Shown in pieces: positions 10,225 through 21,082 of a DNA stretch of 64,000 bases. Position 1 is the stretch's first letter; every line of letters starts with the position of its first letter. A program made the translations under genes and the position numbers. The DNA comes from a virus (taxonomy: Duplodnaviria > Caudoviricetes): IMG/VR virus record IMGVR_UViG_3300013936_000027, positions 956-64,955 of that record; one strand, 5' to 3'. A model generated the notes under the pieces. The model saw only the letters and a list, made by a program, of their open reading frames with translations. It did not search any database and had not been told where the DNA came from.

Positions 10225-11328
10225 TTAATCCAAACCTCCGATGTTTGAATCATAAATCGTACCAATACGGTGCTCCTGACCCTTTGCGACATCACAGCCA
10301 ACCTCAAGGTCAAAGCGAGTCTCAATCTTACCTGTCTTAATATTATTACCGGTAAATGAGGTAAGACCGCCACGAGTGTATGTAGCAATAGGAGACTTAA
10401 CTCCGGTAGGAACAACGAATCCAAGACCGGCAGGAAGCATGGTCTCGAAATTAGTTCCATCCTCAGTCATTTCATATTCATTATACGGATTGGGCATCTC
10501 CTTCAAAATACAGCCATTGTAGAGAGAAAGAATTCCATCCTGTGCAATCTCATTCATAGCCTTTTCGGAGATACCGGTTACCGTATTGCTGTTTATATTG
10601 CCTACATAACCAGCCCAAGGAGTGAACTGAGATATCAGAGCGTAGTCGCCGATAATAGTGGGTCTGCCATTTCTGCGAACCTTGTTGATAACTCCATCAA
10701 CACCGGTCTTAGTTAAACCGGCAGCCTCAATTGTATATTTAACACCGGTAGCATTCTTGATTGCATTATAAACTCTCTCTACGATTGCACGAACAGCACG
10801 ATTGCGAATGTCGGTCTTAACGAGAGCAAGACCCTCATTCTCCTTCTCCATGTCGCCGAGCGCAACTCTGCGATAGTCAACAGCGTAACCACCGGAGACC
10901 GTGAATGTTGCAACAGGATAAGTCTCTTTTACAGTCTGAGGGAATACAACATCACCACCGGCAGCCTGTGTGCGAGAGCGTTCGCCTACATGCTTATATA
11001 CCTCGCGCTCAATGGTCTCGTCATAGGCTACATGCTTGTATGTGCCGAAAATGCCAAGCAGCTTAATCTCTTCCATGATAGGCGTTTCGACTACAAATCG
11101 TCTCAATGTGTTCAATTCTACGACCGCAGAAGGGTCGCCATTTTCGGCACGAGAACCAAGGTCTTTAATGTATGCGACTGCTGCATCTGCTTTCTTGCCG
11201 AACTTTGAAAGTTCCTGACCGCTTACCATTGCAGAAAAAACTTCTACAATAGGGGAGGTCTTTTTAAATTTTCCGTTGAATGTATCTGCATCCTTGCGGA
11301 GATTGTTAAGTTCATATGTAGTATTCAT
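10225..11328 (-). CDS. Major capsid protein
   Basis: About 367 aa from MNTTYELN; follows portal, protease and decoration genes; strong terminator downstream. Confidence 0.75.
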   Translation of the reverse strand: MNTTYELNNLRKDADTFNGKFKKTSPIVEVFSAMVSGQELSKFGKKADAAVAYIKDLGSRAENGDPSAVVELNTLRRFVVETPIMEEIKLLGIFGTYKHVAYDETIEREVYKHVGERSRTQAAGGDVVFPQTVKETYPVATFTVSGGYAVDYRRVALGDMEKENEGLALVKTDIRNRAVRAIVERVYNAIKNATGVKYTIEAAGLTKTGVDGVINKVRRNGRPTIIGDYALISQFTPWAGYVGNINSNTVTGISEKAMNEIAQDGILSLYNGCILKEMPNPYNEYEMTEDGTNFETMLPAGLGFVVPTGVKSPIATYTRGGLTSFTGNNIKTGKIETRFDLEVGCDVAKGQEHRIGTIYDSNIGGLD

Positions 11329-11347
11329 TTTAATCGTCCTTTCTATC

Positions 11348-11797
11348 TTAATTACCCGAAACAGTATCTTTATCGACAACTATAACCTTTGCTTTAATTG
11401 CCTTTTCGGTCAAGGTGCATTTGTCCGTCACTTTGAAATAAATACCGGTGCTGGGCGCAGCCGAAGCAACTTCAAGATTTCCATCAGTGGTAATCTTTAA
11501 AAGTGTAGTGCCTGCTGCAATATCTGCATAAGACTTGCTATCTGCATACTTGATATGCTTCTCATCTATAACGAGCTTCTGACCATCCCATGCTTTAACA
11601 AGGTAACCGTTAAGATACTCACCAGCCTTTATGATAATATCTTCCTTGCCGGAGTCGTCTCCGCTCAAGGTGTTTGCGATGAGATATACATCGTCATCAT
11701 GTGTAATAAACTGATAATTTGCAACATCACTCTGAGATGTAATTACGGGATTAACTTTTGCACTATCTATCATGCCAAGTGTTTCTACTTTTATCAT
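11348..11797 (-). CDS. Putative head decoration protein
   Basis: 149 aa beta-rich ORF immediately upstream of the capsid gene. Confidence 0.5.
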   Translation of the reverse strand: MIKVETLGMIDSAKVNPVITSQSDVANYQFITHDDDVYLIANTLSGDDSGKEDIIIKAGEYLNGYLVKAWDGQKLVIDEKHIKYADSKSYADIAAGTTLLKITTDGNLEVASAAPSTGIYFKVTDKCTLTEKAIKAKVIVVDKDTVSGN

Positions 11798-11825
11798 ATT
11801 GAAATCGTCCTTCTTTCTTTAATTT

Positions 11826-13022
11826 TTAAAAAATGCTTGTGTCCGTATTTGCAGAGGGAATTTCTACCACGCTAAAAATATCTTCCACATTATGCTTTGA
11901 GTTGGCAGCATTTTGTTCTGCAATAACATCTTTTTCTTTTGCCTTTTTGCCAATACCTTCCCAAATCTTACTTATAACCGAATTGATTTCCGAAGTAACG
12001 GGGTCGGAGTTAAAGGCTTCAATTTCAGCTGATGCATATGATTTTTCGTCGTCAGAAAAATCAGCAATAGCGGCATTTAATTCATTGATACGCTCGGCAG
12101 CCTTTGCTTTGCCAAGCTCATTACGCAAAGTGTTCATTTCCTCATACAAGCTATCAAGCTTTTTGTGTGTATCTTCAAGTTCTTTCCTACAAGCATCAAG
12201 AGCTTCCTGAATTTTCTCTTCGTTCGCAATAGCTTCATTTTTTTCCTCAGTTACAGTTTCAATTTGGGCATTGAGTTCTGCGGTTTTCTTTTGACAATCG
12301 TCCTTACACTGATTGATTTCAGATGTATGATTTAATACGGAAGCAACCGTCTGTTCTATAAGAGTCTTAATCTCAGAATCATTCATTTTTTCGATATTCT
12401 CCTTTTCATTCAATTCTATAATTTTTGCCTTTTGGTCAGATGGCGTTACTCCAAGAAGTGCGTAACCCGAATGTACGAACTCAGTTGGGATTCGACCATA
12501 ATCCTTATAACCGTATTTATATATAATTCCATCGTTATTCTCGGTTCGCATGATTTCCACACTTCCGCTGGGGTAAATGCCGTTTGAAATATTCTCGTCT
12601 AATTTTTCACATAAGTTGTTATAACAACTACTGTCAATTTCTCCCTCTCCAATACAGGCTGTAATTATCTCTCCATCAGGAAGTTCAACCTCATCAATAT
12701 AACCATCACTGAAAGTTCCGATAACTACCGCATTCTCAAAGATAGGAATATCATCTTTAACATCGGTCATTCCATGACCGCATAATTCTGTTCTTTCCTC
12801 ATCAAGAAATTCACATCTCAAACTCATACCTTTAATGCTCGGCAGTGCTCTTTCACAATACTTTTTAATCCATGTGATGCCGTTTGCATTATATTGTGTC
12901 CCTGCTTCTTTTTCTTCATCTATACAGCTATCGGGATATATTTGATAAAGTACGGCTTTGAATTTTCGTCTACCGTTTTGTCCCTTTTTCTTCGATTCAC
13001 TAAAAATCTCAAATGTTTTCAT
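11826..13022 (-). CDS. Prohead protease/scaffold fusion
   Basis: N-terminal globular domain (CGHG, SGSVEI) plus acidic coiled-coil C-terminus. Confidence 0.6.
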   Translation of the reverse strand: MKTFEIFSESKKKGQNGRRKFKAVLYQIYPDSCIDEEKEAGTQYNANGITWIKKYCERALPSIKGMSLRCEFLDEERTELCGHGMTDVKDDIPIFENAVVIGTFSDGYIDEVELPDGEIITACIGEGEIDSSCYNNLCEKLDENISNGIYPSGSVEIMRTENNDGIIYKYGYKDYGRIPTEFVHSGYALLGVTPSDQKAKIIELNEKENIEKMNDSEIKTLIEQTVASVLNHTSEINQCKDDCQKKTAELNAQIETVTEEKNEAIANEEKIQEALDACRKELEDTHKKLDSLYEEMNTLRNELGKAKAAERINELNAAIADFSDDEKSYASAEIEAFNSDPVTSEINSVISKIWEGIGKKAKEKDVIAEQNAANSKHNVEDIFSVVEIPSANTDTSIF

Positions 13023-13198
13023 TCATTCTCACCACCTTGTATTTACTTTTTATATAAAAAGACCCCATAAAAATGGGGGTCTTAATAATTAAACTCTCCA
13101 TTTTATGAGTCTCGGCAAACATAAAAAAACAACTTCAAATGATTGTTTAACATACAATAATCATTAAAAGTTAATTTCAGTCTATGTATTAAGTTTTA

Positions 13199-14827
13199 TT
13201 ATTTATCATCAGAAGGGGAGGGTATATTATTGCCGTTGTTAGCTCTTGATTGAATTGTTTTTGCACTTGGCGTATCAGTGGTGGGTCTGCCGCCACTATT
13301 ATTTTTAGTTGAAAGAGTGTAAGAAGTTTTATGCACAGGATATTTGTTTTCAATATCCTCCGAAAGTTCTTGGTCAAGCAAAGCAAAGAATACATCGGGA
13401 GAGATTCCACATGCACTCGCCCACAGAGATAAGCTGCCTTTTCCCTGTAAGTATAAGTCTTTTGCGTAATTAACCATTTTACTTTTGTTGACATATGTAA
13501 TAGGCAGGTATCTGCATTCAACCCAATTCTTTTTATCATCGATAATGTTTTCTGAGATGCATTTGTTTATTTCTGAAACAATTTGTTCAACCCATTGAAA
13601 TAATTGCGCTGTTACAAGTTCAAGATTCTGCTCTTGTGATGAATATGAGCCTGAACCGACTCCATTAAGAGCGGATGCTGCGAAACCTAAATCGAGAGCG
13701 ATTCTGTCACCAAGGTTCGATTCGTATTTTTCATCGAAAATATCGGTGTTGCCTACCTCAAGTGCATTTAGTTTTGTCCCCGATGCGACTGAAAAGAATG
13801 AAGTTCCTCCACGATTATTTTTATTCATAACCGCATTTTTAACAGTGTTATGTTGTTCTTCTTGTTGCTTTTTTGTTAAGGCGCAAGTGCCCTTATCTCT
13901 TCCTTCCGGGAATGTTTCATAAATAATCTTGTTGTTTATTTCTCCAAGTATATTTCTTTTTGTTGATGTGAAATAATCATCGTATAATATATCATTTATT
14001 GCCGCAAGAACTAACGGTCTGCCATATTTTTCTTCTCGTCTTGAACGAATTTTATGAACAATAGTTTTTTTGTTGTCTAATACTATCCAATTGCCGCCTG
14101 TAAATCCATTTTTATTGCGCCGAGTATTATATGCGTCTCTAATTTCTTTTGGGTATTTTTTTAGTTTCATCTCGGTAGCTTCTCCTTCTGCGGAGTTAAA
14201 ATAATCAAGATTAAAAGCTATAACATACGAATTATTCTTTATGCCGACAATTTCTGTATAATCAGCCGGCAGCGAAATTATACTTGCATTTAATCCAAGT
14301 TCATTTATTTCGACGATACTGTTCACATCATAATCCGTAAGCAATATTTGCAACATAGGAGGCTTATTCGTCGTCTCAAAATAATAAAAAGCAATACCGT
14401 CAACCATTCCTCTGAATAGTGCATCTCGAACAATTTCTTTATCCTTAATTGTTCTTAAAGTGGATTCCATTAATTCTTTGTTTCTTTTTCGTTTTGAAAT
14501 GTTTTTGCCGTGAGAAACAATTACTTTGTCGAGCGTCGGCATTGCCGTCATGTAATCAACCGTGTTCGTAAATGTGCCGTTTGTACTATATAAAATATTA
14601 GATAACTCTCTCAATAGTTTATTATTAGCCATAGGGTCTTTAACAAGAGCTGAAAGTTGTTCTCTTGTATATAAGTCAAAAATGTTAAAACCATTGAAAT
14701 AACAGTCTATGTAAGCTTGTTGACTTCCAAGTGAAGAAAACTCGTTCACGGGATTTTGAGCGAATTGTTTGCTGTTATGTTCATATATCTCTTTTTGTTT
14801 GAAATTGTTGTTTTTTCTGTTAGACAT
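13199..14827 (-). CDS. Portal protein
   Basis: 542 aa between terminase and protease; YGRPLVLAAINDI pattern. Confidence 0.75.
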   Translation of the reverse strand: MSNRKNNNFKQKEIYEHNSKQFAQNPVNEFSSLGSQQAYIDCYFNGFNIFDLYTREQLSALVKDPMANNKLLRELSNILYSTNGTFTNTVDYMTAMPTLDKVIVSHGKNISKRKRNKELMESTLRTIKDKEIVRDALFRGMVDGIAFYYFETTNKPPMLQILLTDYDVNSIVEINELGLNASIISLPADYTEIVGIKNNSYVIAFNLDYFNSAEGEATEMKLKKYPKEIRDAYNTRRNKNGFTGGNWIVLDNKKTIVHKIRSRREEKYGRPLVLAAINDILYDDYFTSTKRNILGEINNKIIYETFPEGRDKGTCALTKKQQEEQHNTVKNAVMNKNNRGGTSFFSVASGTKLNALEVGNTDIFDEKYESNLGDRIALDLGFAASALNGVGSGSYSSQEQNLELVTAQLFQWVEQIVSEINKCISENIIDDKKNWVECRYLPITYVNKSKMVNYAKDLYLQGKGSLSLWASACGISPDVFFALLDQELSEDIENKYPVHKTSYTLSTKNNSGGRPTTDTPSAKTIQSRANNGNNIPSPSDDK

Positions 14828-14846
14828 TTTCTACCTCCCTCCTGTG

Positions 14847-16685
14847 CTAATTTATAAATGTCCCATACTCATAATCTTCATTTTGTATGGTTAAATCTTT
14901 TTCTAATTGAGTTGCGAACCATGAACCATAAGAAACCGATGTGTATCGGTCTTTTCGATTGCTTCCGGTTTCTTTAATAACAATCACACCTGTTTGTTCT
15001 TTCTTTTCGTAGACCAAACTTACCGTTTCGTTTATCAGTGCTTGCGCCTGTAAGTAAGGAGACTCATAAAAGACTTGTGTTTCTCCGTCAGCAGATGCAA
15101 CATATTCTTTAATATTCGGAAGTATTTCTTCTTTTGCTTGTTCAAATGTGACTGGCAAATCTATTTTTTTACTTTCTAAAATTCTTCTAAAATCAAGAGC
15201 AATATCACTGTTTAATTTTTGAGTTGCATTTATTGCATACACGCATTCGATAGAACCTTCGATGTGAATCCTATTCTTGTATGATTCATTATTCATGCAT
15301 ACTAATGGTGTATACTCTTTGCCTCTTTCTTCGTCATACATTATATTTCCAAGTATATCCAACACTGTTGAACCGCCGTTCCGCGTATCTAAAACAATAT
15401 AATCGGCATTAAAGTCCTCAAACAACTGTCTGATTCTTAATGCTTGTTTTGTAACATCTCCACCTTGAATCGCCTCCATATATGAAACAATTCTGCGGTA
15501 TCCGTTGTCAATTTTTATATCTTCAGATGAACTGCGGTTAATTGTTGAAAACTCAGGCAATAATCTCATACATGTGAAAACCGAGTTATCATTCTTATTG
15601 TTTGTAACAAAAGCCATATCACAAGATATTATTCTGATTTCATTGTTTAGCTTTGTAATTTCAAACTTATTCTTTTTCCCCATCTTTACATCCAGTAATG
15701 TCCTTGGGTAAAATGGATTCAACAACCTCTGATTTTCTTGAAGCATTGCGTATGAAAAAAAAGCAGATTGATTTTCTTTCAATCTACTGTTTAAAAATTC
15801 TAATTTCCAAGTAATAGGGTCTTGTTTCCGCTGTTCTCCAATAAGCTGACTCATGGATTTAATGCCGTGTTTTAAAACGACAGCTTCGTCAAACGCTAAT
15901 AAACAAGATGGTTTTCCTTCCAACATTTGTTCATATGCATTGTCAACTATTTTCCACATCCAGTTTCCGTTATCGAACCAACTGGAACTAATATAGATAT
16001 CAACAGGCTCTTCTTTTAGCTCCGGCTGTTCTGCATAATAAGGATTATTCATGTATGGAGCTTGCCTTAGAATTTGGCAAGGGGATAAAACGCTATCGTC
16101 TATGGATTTTAAAATCTGTCTAAATTCTTCTCTTACAATACAATTAGAACGATTGCCGCGGGCGTTGTCGTTTGCAACAACAACCGTTATTTTGCTTTTA
16201 TTTCTAAAATAAACAATAGTTTTGTTCTGGTTGTCTTTAATGCTTTCTATTTCTCTTGCAAGCATCGGAGACCAAACCATAAGTTCATTTTTTATTTTTT
16301 CCGTAATTATGAGTTCGCTCTGTCCTTTTGTCGCTGAACTTAGCAAAATTTTTGTATTTGGATATAGAATGCACCGTATGCAAGCATAAAGGGCAATTAT
16401 AAATGATTTAGCTGCGGCACGAGATGCAACTATGACTATCATATTATTTACGCCCATTTGGTACAATGAGAGTGCTTGATATTCGTAAAGCTTTAAACCC
16501 AAATAATCAATTGCAAACCTATGAAAATTGCGCCGGAAGAAAGTGTTCCAGCGCAGAAAGTGTTCACAATTTGTTGGATTACTTAAGAAATGTGTATTTG
16601 GAAAGTTTTTATATAAATTTCTTTGTATTTCGTCCAAATCAGAATTGTATATTCTTTTTGTTTTTGTTGCGAGAGGAGTGTTCAT
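14847..16685 (-). CDS. terL: Terminase large subunit
   Basis: Walker A-like ASRAAAKS, ARGNRSNCIVREEF Walker B, nuclease CDMA...NDNS, DTRNGG, KDRYTS. Confidence 0.9.
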   Translation of the reverse strand: MNTPLATKTKRIYNSDLDEIQRNLYKNFPNTHFLSNPTNCEHFLRWNTFFRRNFHRFAIDYLGLKLYEYQALSLYQMGVNNMIVIVASRAAAKSFIIALYACIRCILYPNTKILLSSATKGQSELIITEKIKNELMVWSPMLAREIESIKDNQNKTIVYFRNKSKITVVVANDNARGNRSNCIVREEFRQILKSIDDSVLSPCQILRQAPYMNNPYYAEQPELKEEPVDIYISSSWFDNGNWMWKIVDNAYEQMLEGKPSCLLAFDEAVVLKHGIKSMSQLIGEQRKQDPITWKLEFLNSRLKENQSAFFSYAMLQENQRLLNPFYPRTLLDVKMGKKNKFEITKLNNEIRIISCDMAFVTNNKNDNSVFTCMRLLPEFSTINRSSSEDIKIDNGYRRIVSYMEAIQGGDVTKQALRIRQLFEDFNADYIVLDTRNGGSTVLDILGNIMYDEERGKEYTPLVCMNNESYKNRIHIEGSIECVYAINATQKLNSDIALDFRRILESKKIDLPVTFEQAKEEILPNIKEYVASADGETQVFYESPYLQAQALINETVSLVYEKKEQTGVIVIKETGSNRKDRYTSVSYGSWFATQLEKDLTIQNEDYEYGTFIN

Positions 16686-16688
16686 GGA

Positions 16689-17585
16689 CTATTCCTCCTC
16701 ATGTACATAAAATTCATAATCCCTGTCTTCTGTTCCAAGCTCAATATTTCGCAAGGGACGAACAGCGAAACGCTCATAATATTCGCCTAATCCGTCGAAA
16801 TCTTTGTAGCGTTCTTTGTTTTTATAAAATTCCTCCGGTGTAAATTGCGAAACTCTATCAACCCACAAGCTCCAACAGTCATCATCTGTTTTCATGGTAT
16901 CTGCCGTTTTCAATCCTGCTTGATTAAATGATTTTCTATAAGATTCGGTTAGCTTGTTGTAGCCATCAACATCACTATTTCTTAACGCTTTCATCTTTTG
17001 CATATGAATATAACATAAATCAATTACAAATATTTCTTGATTGCTGTCGCAATTTGGATTGGCTGTTTTTAAATATTTGTAATGTGCATTTAGCACATCA
17101 TAATCAACCTTTTCAAAACCCACACCCCATTTATCTATGTCTTCTGAGGCGATTGTATTGTTATCATCTATTTCATCATTTCCTGCTGTTACCGTTGTGG
17201 GAGGTTTATTAATACTGTTTTTTTCTTCCGCGAAATAAAACCCGTTTTGCAATGAGTCGCTAAAAGTCTTGTTCTTATATTGAGACATGTTAAGTTTCCT
17301 GAAATAATTGCCTAACGTAGCATCATTGGTGTTGCATTTGTCAAATAATGTATCATCAAAGTAAATATCAAATGCCATGCATAACCTTTTCATTGCCTTT
17401 TTTGCACTGTGATATTCGGCTGTAAATTCTCCGAATTTAGCACCAAAACACTCTTTACATATCGGAAGTATGCCTTTGTTATAAAAAGGACTGTTTGATT
17501 TGTAGAATCCTGTTAGACTAAGTAATTCACCGCAGACGCAACAGCTATTTTTATCTTCTTTTTCTGATATCTTAACCACCTCCAT
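16689..17585 (-). CDS. Putative terminase small subunit with Zn-binding N-terminus
   Basis: CxxC...CKEC motif; directly upstream of terL. Confidence 0.5.
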   Translation of the reverse strand: MEVVKISEKEDKNSCCVCGELLSLTGFYKSNSPFYNKGILPICKECFGAKFGEFTAEYHSAKKAMKRLCMAFDIYFDDTLFDKCNTNDATLGNYFRKLNMSQYKNKTFSDSLQNGFYFAEEKNSINKPPTTVTAGNDEIDDNNTIASEDIDKWGVGFEKVDYDVLNAHYKYLKTANPNCDSNQEIFVIDLCYIHMQKMKALRNSDVDGYNKLTESYRKSFNQAGLKTADTMKTDDDCWSLWVDRVSQFTPEEFYKNKERYKDFDGLGEYYERFAVRPLRNIELGTEDRDYEFYVHEEE

Positions 17586-17802
17586 GTTCTTTCATTTAAT
17601 ATAAAAAAAAGAGACTGTTAAAAACAGTCCGGTTTCATCTATTAAGTGTCGCAGGAATGATTTAAAATATAGTCAAACAAATCCAAGGATTCTGCAATAG
17701 AATCAAAATTATCTTTATGAGGACAATTAGAACAATCACAGCAGCAATCCTCACATCTCGTGTTCTTTAGAAGTTCATAATATTTTGATTCCATAAGAAC
17801 TC

Positions 17803-18096
17803 CTATTCCTCATTAACCATATCTTTGATGGTTTTGCTGATTTTGCACTTAACAGATTTTGTAGGAGGAAAGACGACAATCTCATTTGTCTGTGGGTTTC
17901 TTCCGCAACGCTGCTTCCTTTCAATTACTTCAATATTTAAAAAACCTTTCCATGCAATCTTATTTCCCTCAATTAATGCGTCTGTACATATATCTGCGAA
18001 AGTATCGCAAAATTGAGTTATCTGTTTTATATTGCATTCTGATGTATCACCGTAGATACGCTCAGATAACTTTTCAATAATATCTTTTTTGTTCAT
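17803..18096 (-). CDS. HU family DNA-binding protein
   Basis: MNKKDIIEKL...GFLNIEVIERKQRCGRNPQTNE signature. Confidence 0.85.
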   Translation of the reverse strand: MNKKDIIEKLSERIYGDTSECNIKQITQFCDTFADICTDALIEGNKIAWKGFLNIEVIERKQRCGRNPQTNEIVVFPPTKSVKCKISKTIKDMVNEE

Positions 18097-18141
18097 TTCT
18101 TTTTTTATCTCTCCATTTTTTTTATTAAAAATCAAATCAAA

Positions 18142-19362
18142 TTAATCAATTTGAATATCGCATAATGCTTTAATTCTTTTCTTAGCTGTTACAACTGTCA
18201 CGGTTTGTTCGGGCGTTCCGACCAATCGTCTGTCTATTGCATATGCATCCATCCCATCTACACATCCGCTTTCGATAACTTTAACATCATCAACAGTTGT
18301 AAGTCCGTTTTTGTGTCGATGACCAAGGTAACATAAATCCGGTAACGGTAGTTTTGCCTTTCTTGCAAATTGTGTCATATGATAAACAACATTCTTTGCG
18401 GTGTCTTTATCTCCGTGTGTTGCATAGACCATATGTCCTCTGACTTTGAATGTTGCAATATCACAATCCAAATAATTGTCTATAAACTTTACATTTTCTA
18501 CATTCTTTAAATCTTTTTTGCAGGCGAAGGGAACAAGCAAGTCGAAATTTTCACCATGAACAGATTCTTCTTTATTTGCTGTTGAGCGAGAATGATTACC
18601 TGCTGTCGTATGAACTTCTACATTCTGAAAAATCTTACTCAGTTCAAAAATAAAATTGCTAACCAAATCGGTAACTTCCACAATCTGTGTAACAACATTT
18701 TCTTTAGCTTCGATTCTTGCATTTGGATGAATCAAGCCTTGAATTAAATCGCCGCCGATAATCACATAAGCATTTTGCGATTTGTAAATTCTTTGAATGT
18801 CGAATATTTCATCCAAATAATTCTTCAATCGCTGTTCTAATATGTTCATATTAAAAATATTAAAAGGAGAATCAATATTTACTCCGCAATGCAAATCGGT
18901 TAAATGAATAATTAAGTCATTATCACTGTCCGGAACAACAGATGGTGTATAGTTAAAACTAACAGGCTTATATTCCTCTATAGCTCGTTTTACAATCTCG
19001 AACATAGATTCTTTTCTGCCCTGCTCTCTTAAAACCTTGTTCAAAGCAGTTCTTTCATCAAAGAGTTTTTGTTTTTCTTTTCTGATTTCCTGTTTCTCGG
19101 CACGGATTTCCGTTAAATATGTATTGTCTGATTGTGACGCCAATTTGGACTTGAAGTATTCCAAAACAAAAGCTCCGCCAAAAATTGTTTGTGTGGCTTT
19201 GCGCAGACTGTCATAATGAATATTCAGATTATATTTATCTACAATCTCTTGCCAATCCATATCAATAATATGATTAGCTTTTTTATAAGCATCAGACAAA
19301 CATGATTCATACTGTTTTGGTGTTAAGCCATACGCTTGAATCTTCTTCTCCAAATCAGTCAT
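18142..19362 (-). CDS. Calcineurin-like metallophosphoesterase with coiled-coil N-terminus
   Basis: DLH, GGD, GNH, THGD and GHRH motifs. Confidence 0.8.
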   Translation of the reverse strand: MTDLEKKIQAYGLTPKQYESCLSDAYKKANHIIDMDWQEIVDKYNLNIHYDSLRKATQTIFGGAFVLEYFKSKLASQSDNTYLTEIRAEKQEIRKEKQKLFDERTALNKVLREQGRKESMFEIVKRAIEEYKPVSFNYTPSVVPDSDNDLIIHLTDLHCGVNIDSPFNIFNMNILEQRLKNYLDEIFDIQRIYKSQNAYVIIGGDLIQGLIHPNARIEAKENVVTQIVEVTDLVSNFIFELSKIFQNVEVHTTAGNHSRSTANKEESVHGENFDLLVPFACKKDLKNVENVKFIDNYLDCDIATFKVRGHMVYATHGDKDTAKNVVYHMTQFARKAKLPLPDLCYLGHRHKNGLTTVDDVKVIESGCVDGMDAYAIDRRLVGTPEQTVTVVTAKKRIKALCDIQID

Positions 19363-19690
19363 TGTCTCACATCCTTAAATGTTTTATCTGTATTTGTTTT
19401 GTATTTTCTTAATTAAATAAGTAAAAGGCGTGTCAGGATGACTTAACACACCTTCTGTTATGATTTAAATCATTTATTTAATCTCCTTGCAATATCTGAG
19501 TATTTGTCTTCTATGTATCGCTTATTTACTGTACGATAAAAACCGACTACATTTCCGAACCTATCAACATAACCCCTACTGGAATTATGGATAATATTTC
19601 TTCTTTCAAGTAACTCAATTTCCTCTTTTTTGATTTCTTTCAAATGGATAAACCACCTTTTCTTTTATTTTTTTTGTCTTTCGACATTTA

Positions 19691-19764
19691 TGGAGTGGGT
19701 GATGGGAGTTGAACCCACACGACCAGCTTGGAAGGCTGGGATTCTACCATTGAACTACACCCAC
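19691..19764 (-). tRNA. tRNA-Gly(TCC)
   Basis: Cloverleaf; anticodon arm CCAGC-CTTCCAA-GCTGG; encoded CCA end. Confidence 0.95.
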
Positions 19765-19810
19765 ATATGGAAGTTAGAGCACTGAACTACAGAGCCATAT
19801 AAATTGTTAA

Positions 19811-19887
19811 TGGTGACATTAGCGAGACTTGAACTCACATTACAACCTTGAAAGGGTTGTGTCCTATACCTGTTAGACGATAATGCC
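19811..19887 (-). tRNA. tRNA-Glu(TTC)
   Basis: Cloverleaf; anticodon arm CAACC-CTTTCAA-GGTTG; encoded CCA end. Confidence 0.9.
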
Positions 19888-20191
19888 GTATGTTTGCCAA
19901 GTGGATTTAATCTCTTATCGGACTCGCACCGTTTGGACTTTATGCGGAAGTCATTGTGGCTTTGAAAATTTATAAACATCTTTTTGTATTATTAAAGAAG
20001 GAAGTCACAATATAGCCGCTGTGACACCGACATAGCAATCGCCATAGCGGTGTAATCAAGAAAAGAGAAAGATAAAGAAATGAGAGAGAAGGTGTATTTA
20101 CCTTCATAAAGGAGAACAGACTTTTTTTAAAAATCCTCTTAACTCGATTTTAGCCCTCAATTCTTGAGTGTTTGTATGGGTTATAAGGTTT

Positions 20192-21082
20192 TTAATTTTT
20201 TTTGTGCTGATTACATTTTTGTTTCTCTCTTAATTTTTGCACATTTTTTCTTATACATTTTTTTCGATAAATCTCATAACATTCAAGACATCTATTCGTT
20301 TGATTATCTTTTGATGCTATCTCTACGGGTTTTCCGCAATCAACGCAGAAGATTGTTTTTTCTGTTTGATTTTCATTATTCCTATGTTTTTTGCAGTATT
20401 TTTGGATTTTAGCTTTAGAATTCGGCTTCTCCAATACTCCGCATTCCGCACATCGAAAAAACTTTTCTCCGCAATAATTGAGATATTCAAAACCGAGTTC
20501 TCGGAAATCGGATATGAAAAGTTCCTCCTCATCATTATCATCAACAAATGTTATTCTGTAATTAAGATTGCCATTCTTTTTTGGAAACTCAACCAAACCA
20601 AGAATATATAATTTGTTTAGTTTTATACTTTGCTCAATTGCGGAACACGGTATATGAGCCAACTTAAAAACTTCGGGGGGGGCTATGTTTACCCAACTAT
20701 TGTTATTTGGTTTCTTTAAATTGTTTAGCTTTGCAAGACATAAAGATGTGAAAGCGAGTTTTTCTAAGGTTTTGTTTTTTATGTTTTTTATTGTGTTAAT
20801 TTCGGATTTTGTAATTTTTACGCCTGATATTTCAAACAACTGTTCGTTGGCGGCTTTATTAATCACCGTATCAATTGCACTAAGCCATCGTTCTTCATTC
20901 AGTTCATAGCGAGGGTAGTGTTTTTGTAAGTAATGTAAAATGTCGGTTTTGACCTGCCTCTTTTTCATACTTTGCTGTGCGTAATATTTTGCTAAAATAC
21001 CAATCACTTGATATGGATTTTTATCTGTTATTCCTTGTTCTAAACATTTTTGAGCATATGCTTTCTCATTCAAAATAATCAT
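20192..21082 (-). CDS. Hypothetical protein coupled to the RNA polymerase gene, with C-terminal CxxC motifs
   Basis: ATG overlaps the RNAP stop codon; CAECG, CVDCG and CLEC motifs; contains an in-frame C8 run (plus-strand G8 at 20675-20682). Confidence 0.6.
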   Translation of the reverse strand: MIILNEKAYAQKCLEQGITDKNPYQVIGILAKYYAQQSMKKRQVKTDILHYLQKHYPRYELNEERWLSAIDTVINKAANEQLFEISGVKITKSEINTIKNIKNKTLEKLAFTSLCLAKLNNLKKPNNNSWVNIAPPEVFKLAHIPCSAIEQSIKLNKLYILGLVEFPKKNGNLNYRITFVDDNDEEELFISDFRELGFEYLNYCGEKFFRCAECGVLEKPNSKAKIQKYCKKHRNNENQTEKTIFCVDCGKPVEIASKDNQTNRCLECYEIYRKKCIRKNVQKLREKQKCNQHKKN

